Shown piece after piece: positions 39,182 through 51,139 of a DNA stretch of 55,753 nucleotides (positions within the stretch are counted from its first letter, which is position 1; every line of letters starts with the position of its first letter). Both the position numbers and the translations under genes were made by a program. The notes under the pieces were generated by a model. That model was not told the origin of the DNA and made no database searches. It worked only from the letters and a program-made list of their open reading frames with translations. This DNA comes from Octopus bimaculoides (Eukaryota): the NCBI RefSeq assembly GCF_001194135.2, contig NC_068981.1:51704525-51760277 (forward strand), read 5' to 3'.

Positions 39182-40586
39182 TAGGCATACCTCACTCTAC
39201 GTCGTTAATTGGTTCCAAGAGACACGACTTAAGTTGAATTAACTTGTCTCTAGGCGAGGCTAAGCCGCATTTACTTGTCTCTAGGTTAAACCGATAATAA
39301 CCATTCCTAGTTCTGTACTTTATTTATGAATGCATTTTCAATAATACATGGTTAATGGAAACCTATTTCAAGCTTACAAACAATTTTTATTTTGTAATAC
39401 GGTACAGTAAAAATAAAAGTAATCTAAATTTACGAATACAATTTTGCGTTGTTTACCGTACATCACGGACGCTTTATTTATGAATACGGTTTGTAATAAG
39501 ACCCGTTCTTTTGAGACCTTACAGCTTGGAATAGTTTTCTCCTCCTTGAAAATGAATGAACGGTCTGGCAATTTTTTCCAATACAATCCAGTTTCGTCTA
39601 CGTTAAAAATCTGTTCGAGAAGAAAAATGTTTTTTTCGTTGATTTTTTTTGATGCATTAAGAAATTCCGCTGCTGCTTGTTTTGTCAGCTGATGCACTTT
39701 CACCTTGCTTCTAAATGGAGTGATAACTTCTTCGCTCATGAAATCTCATGAACCATCCTTGACTTGCCTTGAACTGAACTCTACATCTTTCTCATCTGGA
39801 TATTTTTTCTTCAGGTCCTCAAACAAAGAGAACGCTGTTTCTTGAATGATGTTTTGTCTAATATTAGCACGCTGACGATTCAACCTAACAATCCAAAGAA
39901 AATGAAGACTTTCCATTTCTTCAAAGATTTTTTTCCTTTTATCTTATTTATGACAGTGTTCTTCATCCCTGGTTCTTCGTGCTAAAAGTTTGTCTTTATT
40001 ATGTACAGTCGTCGATACAGATGTCCGACTCATCCCAAAAGATTATGCAATTGCTACCACTCTTTCACCTTTTTCATGGCGTTTTATCATAGCCAGTTTA
40101 TCTTCCAGCGTTATAGCATGACGCTAAGCACTTTCACTGTGAATTTTCTTATGAACCATGGAGACAAAATGTAAAGTCACAAATGAATGAAAATGAGAAA
40201 GTAACCGATGAACAGGCGTAAACAAATCTGAATTCAAAACAATCGCGGTAATCACGAGTGACAACGACGCCTAACGGTAGATATTGGAACTACAATGCAA
40301 TACGAGCTCCGAAAGACCCGTAAATAAGACAACACAGCTGATTTCATGATTTCGTTCACTAAGCTACACTACTTTATGGTGTGTGTTCTAACATTTACTG
40401 TACGTATTTTAACGATTTTATATGCTTTTATTCTTATTTATTGTAGAGTAACATGATGTTATGGGCTTTTAATGTTTTCTAGTGACTTTACGATTCCAAT
40501 ATTTCTGGCGGGCAGACCTAAAGTCGAAAACCAACGTATAGTCGAGAACGACTTAAATCAAAATGACTTAAGCCGAGGTATGCTTG
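39182..40586 (-). mobile_element. Tigger/pogo DNA transposon, internally deleted, with TIRs and TA TSDs
   Basis: Ends are TA|TAGGCATACCTC and GAGGTATGCTTG|TA, similar to the Tigger1 terminus CAGGCATACCTC. There is a CENP-B-like N-terminus (MVHKK..ITLEDKLAMIKRHEKGE..) and QIFNVDETGLYWKKLPDRSFIFKEEKT..SKERV. Broken by stops. Confidence 0.92.
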
Positions 40587-40929
40587 TATGTTAAAATATA
40601 TGAACAAAGGAAGGGGTTGAGTTGTTCATTCAGTCCAAGATTCACGCTCGAATTTACATGATGAAATTACCAGAGCGGAAAATACATCCACGCAAATGAA
40701 AGAATGTGAAGAATTCTGTACTTTCCAATCTATGAACGCCACTCTAATGCAACGATATCCAGAGACAAGTATGCTTTGTTTGCATCATCGAAAGTATTTT
40801 CTTGGCTCTTGCTAAATGAGGTATCTTGACAGAACAGAGTATAAAAAGGTTTGACATAGTTGAAAGAATGTTATGAGCTTAGACATTCGTTTGCTTTGAG
40901 TGCAAGTATAATCATTTTCTCTGAGTGTC

Positions 40930-41560
40930 TTTTCAGTAAATACAAAATATTTTTGCGAATATGCTAATATATTGCTTGAAATTGACAATGATCAAATCCC
41001 AGCTGACAATGACAGATATACTAAATTCTACCTCAGTGCAGCAACCAAGCTTGAGATGTAAATGAGTAGGTAGAAGATGTATATGTAAATATCTCTACTT
41101 CAAAAATGGATTTCAAAATGAGCTATACGCTTCCTAATAAATGAAAGAGTAAATCAGATGGATTTTGTTCCAGGAGAATTAATTATGTATAAAGCTTTGG
41201 AATTTATGATAAATCCCTCTGAATCGTTGAATTTCCCCATAGAGACTTTAAATGAAATAGCATGAACATCCTTCAAAAAATCTGCACGCCACTCGACTTA
41301 GCAGTGGGATTCGACAGGTGATGAAGAAAACTCTCCACGCATCATGGAGGCAACAATTTTGACATGTGAGATGTTTTCATTGCAGGTATTCCTTTGATCC
41401 TGACAGATGTGCCTTTCAGATTTAAACAACGCCAGTTTCCAGTAGGCCTTTCACTTTCAATGAGCATCAATATCACACAAGCTATCAAAGTTACTGAAAT
41501 AAACTTGGAATTATAATGTGTTTGTCATGATTAATAAACCCAGGGAAAGCCGGTTATTGC
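40930..41560 (+). mobile_element. Helitron PIF1-like helicase C-terminal relic
   Basis: VPGELIMYKAL..LNFPIETLN..IMEATILT..IPLILTDVPFRFKQRQFPV..MSIN matches Helitron IPGE..YxS..YPxEFLN..IEATILTG..IPLIPTDxPFxFKRxQFPVRLAFAMTINK. Confidence 0.8.
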
Positions 41561-42324
41561 AGCTAATGCATTCATAATTCAAGAAAAAAGAAATAATTCA
41601 TATTTTCACGTGCACTTGTTCCAGATTATATTTCTGTTCAGTGTTTCTGTCTTTCCTTGTTTGTTTCAATATTCACTAATGGCAGTTGTTTTCACTTGCA
41701 AAAATATCACACTGACTTTTTTTTTATTTTCTTAATTATGTTTGTCTCAGCTGGTGTTGATAGATTTCTATCGATATCTCAGTTATTTATTCATTTCACT
41801 TTTCAATGTAGTTGATTATGAGCTATTAATTGATATTTTTCACTTGTATCCTTAAATCTTGTGTCTCTTGATATCTTCTTTAAATTTCAGAGAAGAGAGT
41901 GACATGAAAAAATATTGTTATCATAAATGTGGTGTGTTGGCAAAATCGGTATTAACTTTCGATTTTTTATCTTCCAAATCCAAATCGTACAAACAATCGT
42001 AGCTATCTTGTTTAGGTTGGTAAGATCTAATGAAGTTTCGGAGTAGGTACAGTTGACTATTTCCTCCACAGAAACGTATGCCTTTGTGTAGTCAAAATCA
42101 TTATTTTACTTGTATAATTAGGATGGTGCTGTGGTAGAAACGCTAGACCATAAAAGCTGCTGAGTATCTAAGTAATGGCCACTGCCAAAGTGTTTACAGG
42201 CTTCACTCGTTTCGCACCGTTTAGCTTTGACTTCATTAGTTTCCTCACTCATCTGATGTACTCACTCTCAATCTTCATTTTCATTTCTATAATTAGTACT
42301 CTGTCAGATTCTAATACACCTAGA

Positions 42325-43720
42325 TATTTATAACTCTCTCCTTATTTCAATGATTTTAATATCTGGCCATCTGCTAATTGGATGTCTTCTCTGTTGACTA
42401 CCTGTCCCCTTCTCATGATTGATATTAAGCCAAATTGCATGCTTTTGCATGCCCATATCTTTGTCGAAGATATTTACATTCTGTATTAGGAAAACCCCTT
42501 TTTCATTCGTACTAAAAAGCTTCAGATCATCCATGCAGAGCAAATGGTTAATTTTTCCCTTAGTATTTCTGAACTGATACCCTGCCTTTGCCTTCCTTAA
42601 TACTAAACTGAGGGGATTAAGCATAAGACAAATATTAAAATGGATAATTCCTCTCTTGATATTAACCTTCCCTAACAGTGTGTCACCCGAGTAGAGATCT
42701 ACTTTCCAAATCTTCATGCTAAAGCTAATTAATTCTCTTATGTTGTTTGCTGTACTGAATGTCCTCAAACATTCACTTATCCATAAGTGTGGGATCGTGT
42801 CATAGGTTTTCATATCATCTATACATGCTATTTGTTAGATTTTCCTTTCTAGATTTTACTTCTTTTAGAACTGCTTTGTCTATGTATAATAGATCATGCG
42901 CTCTTCTAGCCTTCTTCCTGCAACCTTTCTGTACTTCTGGGAATACATTCTGGTTGTCAAGGTGCTCGTAAATGCTTTCTGAAAGCATCCCTGTTAACCG
43001 CTTCCACACTAATTGTAAGTAAGTGATTAGTCTAAAATTGCTAGCTGTATTATCCTTACTTTCGTCTTTCGTAAGGAGTATTGTTCTCCCTCTAGTCATC
43101 AAATCTGGTATTATTCCTCTATTAAGGCAATCCTGAAGTTGTTCCCTCAGCCTCCCATATAAACTACTAAATTTCTTTAGCCAGTACTCTTGAACTAAAT
43201 TTTGTCCATGGCACCTACAATTCGGCATTTTCCCTAACACTTTACTCATTAATGCACTAGTTAATCTTAAATCTGAACGCTTCTCACTCACTACTTCTTC
43301 TCTTCCTTTAACCATACTGCGTCCCTATTATGATTTCCTGGCTTATCCCAAATATTACTCCAGAAATTTTCTAGCTTCTTCTGCATTAGGTTTCCCATCT
43401 TCAGTACGTACTTCTCCACTATTCATTTGGAGAAGAAAGTACTCTCCTCTGGTCTGTCACAAATAATCTATTTTGTTGATACTGATCTATAATTTTCTGA
43501 TATCTGAAAAGCTTACCTACTACTGTTTCAACTTCGCTATGACTGTCCCAAATCCTTTCTCTTTTACTAAGTATCTTTTCTCAAGAGAAGTTTTAAATCT
43601 TGTGTCTCCGAACTTCTTCAGTTTCCAGGCTTCTATTTTACTCAGATCATGTCTTAAATTCTTCGCTTTATTTTGTAGTCTCCTTTTCCACATTTGCTAT
43701 ATCCTACTGATAACAGAATC
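42325..43720 (-). mobile_element. R4/Dong-like LINE, pre-RT region and RT domain (pseudogenised)
   Basis: WKRRLQNK..QNRLF..; YWLKKF..GRTILLTKD..SNFRLIT..QKGCRKK..DLLYIDKAVLKE; KTYDTIPHLWI..KRGI..INHLLCMDDLKLFS. Confidence 0.93.
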
Positions 43721-43728
43721 TAATCATC

Positions 43729-44084
43729 AATTATTATTATTATTGTTCAGTAGTTTTATTTTTATAACGTGCTTTCACTTCACTACCGAGCGCAGCTCTG
43801 TGTGCCTTGGGTATGTGCTGTGGTTTGCTGTGATGCTCTTTTGGTTACTGTATTGAAAGTGTTTTGCGTAGGATGTGTGCAGTGCCCAGTAGTGCAATTT
43901 TCTGTATGTTATATATATTTGTAAGTCCTGGTGTTTTTGTTATGTATTTGTCTGAATATTTTTTTATTATACCTAAGGCACCTACTATGATAGGAATTGT
44001 TTCTGTTTTTAGATTCCACATTCGAGTTACCTCCATTTCCAGGTCTTTGTATTTTGAAAGTTTTTCCATTTCTTTTAGGGAAAC
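43729..44084 (-). mobile_element. R4/Dong-like LINE 3' end (RLE end, 3' UTR, TAA tail), young copy cut by gap
   Basis: EKLSKYKDLEMEVTRMWNLKTETIPIIVGALG..IQKIALLGTAHILRKTLSIQ*, then a 3' UTR ending in (TAA)n. Same family as 47640-48684. Confidence 0.92.
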
Positions 44085-44860
44085 NNNNNNNNNNNNNNNN
44101 NNNNNNNNNNNNNNNNNNNNNNNNNNNNNNNNNNNNNNNNNNNNNNNNNNNNNNNNNNNNNNNNNNNNNNNNNNNNNNNNNNNNNNNNNNNNNNNNNNNN
44201 NNNNNNNNNNNNNNNNNNNNNNNNNNNNNNNNNNNNNNNNNNNNNNNNNNNNNNNNNNNNNNNNNNNNNNNNNNNNNNNNNNNNNNNNNNNNNNNNNNNN
44301 NNNNNNNNNNNNNNNNNNNNNNNNNNNNNNNNNNNNNNNNNNNNNNNNNNNNNNNNNNNNNNNNNNNNNNNNNNNNNNNNNNNNNNNNNNNNNNNNNNNN
44401 NNNNNNNNNNNNNNNNNNNNNNNNNNNNNNNNNNNNNNNNNNNNNNNNNNNNNNNNNNNNNNNNNNNNNNNNNNNNNNNNNNNNNNNNNNNNNNNNNNNN
44501 NNNNNNNNNNNNNNNNNNNNNNNNNNNNNNNNNNNNNNNNNNNNNNNNNNNNNNNNNNNNNNNNNNNNNNNNNNNNNNNNNNNNNNNNNNNNNNNNNNNN
44601 NNNNNNNNNNNNNNNNNNNNNNNNNNNNNNNNNNNNNNNNNNNNNNNNNNNNNNNNNNNNNNNNNNNNNNNNNNNNNNNNNNNNNNNNNNNNNNNNNNNN
44701 NNNNNNNNNNNNNNNNNNNNNNNNNNNNNNNNNNNNNNNNNNNNNNNNNNNNNNNNNNNNNNNNNNNNNNNNNNNNNNNNNNNNNNNNNNNNNNNNNNNN
44801 NNNNNNNNNNNNNNNNNNNNNNNNNNNNNNNNNNNNNNNNNNNNNNTTGTCTCTCCACTT

Positions 44861-44915
44861 CCAAAACAACGCCAAAACAACGCCAAAACAACGCCAAAAC
44901 AACGCCAAAACAACA
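44861..44915. repeat. 11-bp tandem repeat (CCAAAACAACG) x5
   Basis: Direct reading. The last unit ends in A. Confidence 0.95.
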
Positions 44916-45077
44916 CCAGATCATATATTCAAAATAAATGGAAGTGGAGAGACAAGTTACTGAAGAGATTGCAGGAGTGCAATGAAATAATTTAACAAAA
45001 AACTATATAAATTAATAAAGGACTGAACCAGTGCGTGTGTTTATTACCGGCATAATGCCTCTCCCAAGGTTTAATTG

Positions 45078-45143
<66 letters not shown>

Positions 45144-45144
45144 C

Positions 45145-45913
45145 ATTTATTTATTTTTGTTGCACAGCTTCTAACGCTGGAGATGTACTACGGTGCCAGA
45201 TACTCACTCCCAGTGAACTAAGGTAACATCCCTTGTTTTTCGACCACCATCCGGAGTGTTCGAGCGGTTCCAAGCAGTGCAGTTTTCTGCAGGTTCTCCA
45301 CCCTTATTGCAGCCCCTATGTGTTCCATGTAATTCTCTAGATTTTTACTCACTGTTCCCAGGGCTCCAACAGTTATTGGTACTACTATCACCTTTTCCAT
45401 CGACCACAACTGCTTAACTTCCCAAGCTAACTTGTCATATCTACCGAATTTTCTTTCTTCCTTATTGCATACCTTTTTGTCATGGGCATGGTATATCTAT
45501 GATCCAGCATCGTTTGCTTTCTTTCTCAAGTAACACTATGTCTGGCTTCCTATTCTCTATCTCATGGTCGCACTGAATCATAAAATCCCATAGGATCTTT
45601 GCATTATCATTTTCGATGATGACTTCGGGTTTATGTTCGTACAACTTCTTTTATTCTGTCAAGTCCATACTTGTTACAAAGTGTCCAATGGACAATCATT
45701 GCTATATTGTCATGACGTCTCTTATATTCTTTCTGGGCGAGTTGCGTACATTGACTAGTAATATGCCATACGGTTTCACCATTTCGTCCAAAAATTCACC
45801 CTCGGGTTTATGTTCGTACCACGTTTTGCTCTGCCAAGTCCATATATCTTTTGTTGTTTCTTCTTTTTCTTGGTAATTGTAAGGTACTATGAATCCTTTT
45901 TGTATTTGTCAGC

Positions 45914-45914
<1 letters not shown>
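45145..45914 (-). mobile_element. R4/Dong-like LINE 3' fragment (knuckle end + RLE + 3' UTR), rearranged 5' end
   Basis: GETVWHITSQC..KRRHDN..KILWDF..RKPDIV..CWIID..VVPITVGALG..LQKTALLGTARTLR. The tail runs into (TTA)n at 45080-45143. Confidence 0.88.
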
Positions 45915-45981
<67 letters not shown>

Positions 45982-45995
45982 CAAAGGTAAACAGT

Positions 45996-47615
45996 CAAGA
46001 CGAAGAGCGCGATTCGATTGTAATAGATTTTTTAGTGGTTGAACGATATTTCGACGGTAAGCGTGTCTTTGTAGAGTTCAAAATAAGAAGTGATAAAAAT
46101 TCAAAATTATAGAAATTTAAATTTAATGTATGAACGAGAGCAACCAGCGTCCACGCGTTGATGGAATTATATCATCAGTCTTTAAGCTTCAAATTTATAA
46201 CAGGCGAAAAGAAAAAGACAGGGAAAAAGACAGAAAGAAAGAAGGAAAAAAATGAAAGGGAAAAAAGAAGAATATTTAATCAGTTTTGTATAAATTTGAT
46301 TATATTCTCCTGTTATTTTATTCATTCCTCCGGGGTGTGATGTTAATAACACGCAAACATATTTCTCCTCATGTATTTTGAGATGTGAAAGTGACGCAAA
46401 TTCAGTCTTTTTGAAAATTGCAGCCGTTTGAAGCAAAATATGCGGCATATTCTGTCGAACTACTGTTATTTTGCCTGACGTCATATCTGTGCCCATTAAA
46501 TCTTTTGTGAAATTCTTCTGTTGCACAGCCAATATAAATCAAGTTGTGTTTCGTGCATTCTGCCGCGTACACCAAATGGAAATCTCTATATGTCCCACCT
46601 CCTGTATAAATCATAACATTTCTGTTATGATTCCTGATGGAATTCATTTGATTCATATTGTTGAACAATGAACAGGTCTTACCTCACTTGCGGCTTGTTT
46701 TCAAGGTACAGCGTGCAGATACTCCAATGTTCGTGTTCTTGGAGTCAGAAATAGAGGTCCATAATTCTCTTATATTCTTATTCCGTCTGAAGTCTATAAT
46801 GGGTAGCTGAGAAAATATCTGTTTGAAACGGGGATATTTTTTCACCACATGCTGGCAACTTTCATGCAACAATTGAATGCCAGCGAAATTTCTGTGCCAG
46901 TTAATCACTGAAGAAATTCTGTCATCTATTGTATTGTGTTTGCTAATATTACGCGTTCAGGCTTGACTAACTTTGCTAATCTTAGCTATTTCATTTGCTA
47001 TTTTCTTTGATCGTGATTCATTGTAACCACGTTTGATATAATGATGTACAGAAGCATCTTCATGTTTTCAGTAATCTCCTATGTCAGTACAAATCCGTTT
47101 TACCCTCAAAAATTGGGTTTTCAGATTTGACCGAATAATATGATATGGATGATCGGAGCGGTGGTGGAGATAAATATGGGATGACGTGGGCTTGCAAAAT
47201 AACTCTGTCACTATTCTGCCTTCAGAAAACTTCACTTTTGTGTCCAAAAATTCAACGCTAATTTTGAAAAACTAAACGTAAATTTTATGTTGGACTTAAA
47301 ACCTTAGATTTTAGCATAACAGTCACGGAAATGCAAGAAGTCAATTAAACTATCCTGCGATCCTTCCCAGACAAAAAGGATGACATCAATGAACCGTAAC
47401 CAAAGTACTGGTTCATGACCATGAAGGAATTTGAATGTCTCGAATTTCGTCATGAAGCCAAAGAAATTAAATGTCATGGGAGTACCCATGGCGCAACCTC
47501 GTCTGGTGCTAAAATCTTTGTCCTAACTTCGTTATGTTACGTCCATCAACGTATGGGCGCTGGTTGCTCTCGTTCATATAATATCCACTACAATCGAATC
47601 GCGCTCTTCGTCTTG
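45996..47615 (-). mobile_element. 5'-truncated Penelope-like element (RT 3' half + GIY-YIG) bounded by inverted terminal copies
   Basis: AMGTPM..LWLRFIDVILFVW (the RYIDD motif), ..FLRVKRICT.., FRRNKNIRE, VYAAECTKHNLIYIG..RFNGHRYDV, ..HPGGMN. Inverted matches are 45996-46022 with 47589-47615 and 46129-46165 with 47542-47578. Confidence 0.9.
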
Positions 47616-47639
47616 GCTATTGTTATTATCATTATTATT

Positions 47640-48683
47640 ATTATTCAGTAATTTTATTTTTATCACGTGCCTTCACTACACTACCGAGTGGAGTTCTGTG
47701 TACCTTGGGTATGTTCCGTAGTTTGCTGTGGTTCTATTATTTTCATAGTATTGAAAGTGTTTTACGTAGGATGTGTGCAGTGCCTAATAGTGCTATTTTC
47801 TGTATGTTATATATATTTGTAAGTCCTGGTGCTTTTGTTATGTATCTCCCTGAATATTTTTTATCATACCTAATGCGCTTACTATGATAAGAATTGTTTC
47901 TGTTTTAGATTCCACATTCGAGTTATCTCTATTTCCAGATCATTGTATTTTGAAAGTTTCTCCGTTTCTTTAAGAGAAACATTGTCATCTGCTGGTATTG
48001 ATACATCGATTAGAAAGCATTTTTTTCTTGGTGATCTCTGACAACTATATCCAGCTTATTGGCCTTACTTTCTCTATCTGTGTGTATTGGCATATCCCAG
48101 CGTACGGTTGCTTTCTCATTTTCTGTGACCTTTTCTGGTGTGTACCTCTACCATCTTTGTTCTGTTGTTATTCCATAGTGTTGGCACAGCTTCCAGTGTA
48201 TATAGGTCCCAACTCTGTTGTGTCTGTGAATATATTCCTTTGTAGCCAGGACTGGGCAGCCAGAGACAATATGATTTATTGTTTCTTCTTCATCACCACA
48301 TACTCTGCAGTTATTTGTTGTGTTTCTTTTGATTACGTGTTTTTTGGTGATTTCTGGTGCAAAGGCTTTGAACTTGTGTAACAAACATCCTTCAGTCTCT
48401 GCTTTGAGTCCTCAGCTTCTCAGCCATTGTTGAGATTTTGCTCTATTTAATTTCTTTTCTGTTTATTTGCTATGAAGTGGCTTTTCAGCCATTGTTGAGA
48501 TTTTGCTCTATCTATTTCTTTTCTGTTTATTTGCCATGAGGGGGCTTTTCTTGCCATCGTTTTATCATGATCCGTTGCTGATGTAGTTTTAGTTTGGATT
48601 TCATTTGTTATACATCTTTTGTTGTTTCTTCTTTTTCTTCATAGTTGTGAGGCACTATGACTTCTTTTTTGTATTTGTCCGCT

Positions 48684-48684
<1 letters not shown>
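47640..48684 (-). mobile_element. R4/Dong-like LINE, 5'-truncated (post-RT, CCHC knuckle, RLE, 3' UTR, TAA tail)
   Basis: RWQEKPL..CRVCGDEEETINHIVSGCPVLATKEYIHRHNRVGTYIHWKLC..KLDIVV..CFLIDVSIP..QKIALLGTAHILRK. Both ends lie in trinucleotide tracts. Confidence 0.93.
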
Positions 48685-48746
<62 letters not shown>

Positions 48747-48928
48747 TTGTGGGATTTTGCACGAGGTCCTTAAAGCGCCTTGGGAGTTTAATTTTTTTAA
48801 ATTTTAATTGTTATTTCTATTGTTTACAAGTTGTAAAACTCATTGTATCGTCCTGTTTTTGCCTTTTATATTGTTGTATGTCTTTTAATGTAATTTCATA
48901 TGAGCACTTGTGGCCAATAAAAGAATGA

Positions 48929-48991
<63 letters not shown>

Positions 48992-48999
48992 CCCTTTGA

Positions 49000-49330
49000 G
49001 TTATATTTACATCGGGCGGTAGCTTTCGTCTTGTGCTCTTAAACAGTTATCTTTCTATATTCCCAGTGTCTGATGACAGTGCTTTCTCAAGGTTCTACTC
49101 CATGAAACCCATGATCTTAGCTACTCATTTGTCTTGGTATCTTCGCAAGGATGCCCTTCTCAAGACATTCTTTGATCACAGAAGGAGATTCATTCCCAGC
49201 TTTTTTTCCCAGGCAACTAAGGGGGTTTACGCAAATTTTAGCAAATTTACTTATAACGCAGCTGGTAATACGATGTCAAAAGTCAATTCTTGAATTTGGC
49301 CTCCAGCGTGTTCATGAAACACATTGTGTA
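49000..49330 (-). mobile_element. very old RLE-LINE relic
   Basis: Traces of GNIE..LFRAQDES (ETE..AAQDQ region) next to (TTA)n. Confidence 0.35.
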
Positions 49331-50468
49331 CACTCGATGAAATGTTGCTGTTGCCTTTCTGATTTTACATTTTATATATTCAACGACGTAAGGAATACTC
49401 ACAAGAAATATATCGGCTCACATCGTCGATAACATGTTTTGGACCGTTGAGTTGGTGAGGACTAATTGATCTCTAAAGTCCTTCCCTGTCTGTCCTCACT
49501 TCAGTCGGGGTTTTTTACCACTTCATTCAGGCACTCACTGAATTAGTTTCAGTAAACTGCTTTTGGATTCCGTCAGTAATGTAATATTGTTAAAACGACC
49601 AGTAACCTCTATTATTTTCACCGGATGACTTATTTATTGCTGTCGACTGCCTTTTTAAGATTAAAAAAATCCACATTTAATGGAAACTGGAATGCCGGTG
49701 GGATGTAATCCCTGTAAAGCCCTGGTTGTGATATTAAACTATCTAATATTTCAATGTTCTCGCTTAAACAGTAACTGGACTTAAATATTTCTGAAAATTA
49801 CGATATAGTTGCTCCCGGAGCTATAGAAACTTGCAGCGAATCCTTTTTTTTTTATTTTCTTTACATTTTCTTTTTGAAATCAGTATCGATAATAATCTCT
49901 GGAATTATAGATACCGCTCGATGGTAATCCATATCGTAAACAGTTGCTCACATTATGAGCAACATTGTCTGAAACATGCGTGTTTTTCCCATAGTTTTTT
50001 TCCCCCAGTGGCATCACGAAGCCACCGTATGGACAAACCACAAACGTATCCAGCTCAGAACTGACAACCATGTAAGTCCTCACCAGTTACTGCACTCAAT
50101 TTTATTTGTTTGTTTCTTCGTTTCGACTTTTTGACTATCTTTTCCAGCTATGGTATCCATCCATTTGAAGTGTCTTCTCGCATTTTTTTCTCTTGATCAA
50201 ACTGAAAGTCTTTTCTTGAACATTGTATATGATTTATAAAAATCATTAACATGGGGAAAACTTGAGAACTCTACAAGAATTGCAGGGCTTGGAACAACAA
50301 ACAACGAAATAATTCCGAGACGCATGCAATGTGACAAATCCGCACGTTCATTCAGAATCCGAGCATTGCTGATTTGTTGTGTATGTCGGTCAGTTCTTAT
50401 CAAGTGTATAGCGGATATGGCTATTGAGTCTATTGTGACGATACGATTTCTGCCTTGCTCGAGCTAAA

Positions 50469-50650
50469 TAGTAAGCGGGTAGTCTATTTCTGTCTGTTGG
50501 TCATGTTAAAGGAAGCTGTACTGCGAAAACCGTTGATAAGCTCCAAGGCAAAGCCTTTAGTAAGCGGGTAGTCTATTTCTGCCTGATGGTTATGGCAAAG
50601 GAAGTGGTACTGTGAAAGCGGTTGATAAGTTCCAAGCCAGAGCCTTTAGT
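50469..50650. repeat. 89-bp diverged tandem duplication, possibly inside a LINE RT relic
   Basis: Units start at 50469 and 50558. The minus strand reads AWNLSTAFTVP, reminiscent of RT LDLSKAFDTV. Confidence 0.8.
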
Positions 50651-51056
50651 TTATATCCAAGTAAAATTTGAGAATAAAGTTGAAGGTAGGGAACGACAGA
50701 TGATACACTCCAATAAATTCTATGAAACATGATTGGTAGATACGAAACTGGCGTGACAAAATGGGTACACCCTCACTTTTGCGAGTAAGCTGGTGGCCAG
50801 AAATTGGAGGAAGCATTTTCCTTTGATAATGCAGATTTCTATGTGCAGCACCCTAAATCACCCTATGTGATTGCTCGCTTCCAATTTCCATTGATCCTTA
50901 TTTTATTTTTTGTTCTATACTTTTATTGCTATTTATTATCATTTATTTATTAATATGGTTTTGTTGTTATTGCTGAACTTTACATTGATGTAAATACTCA
51001 ATTCTTCTATTTTCTATTTCGCATTTCTACGGTCGTTGTGACCAGTAAAGGAAATC

Positions 51057-51137
<81 letters not shown>
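51057..51137. repeat. (GTA)n microsatellite
   Basis: Direct reading. Confidence 0.98.

Positions 51138-51139
<2 letters not shown>

Noticed and set aside
44861-44915. CRISPR array (also 52243-52334)
   Set aside because: Head-to-tail repeats without unique spacers, no cas genes, eukaryotic context.
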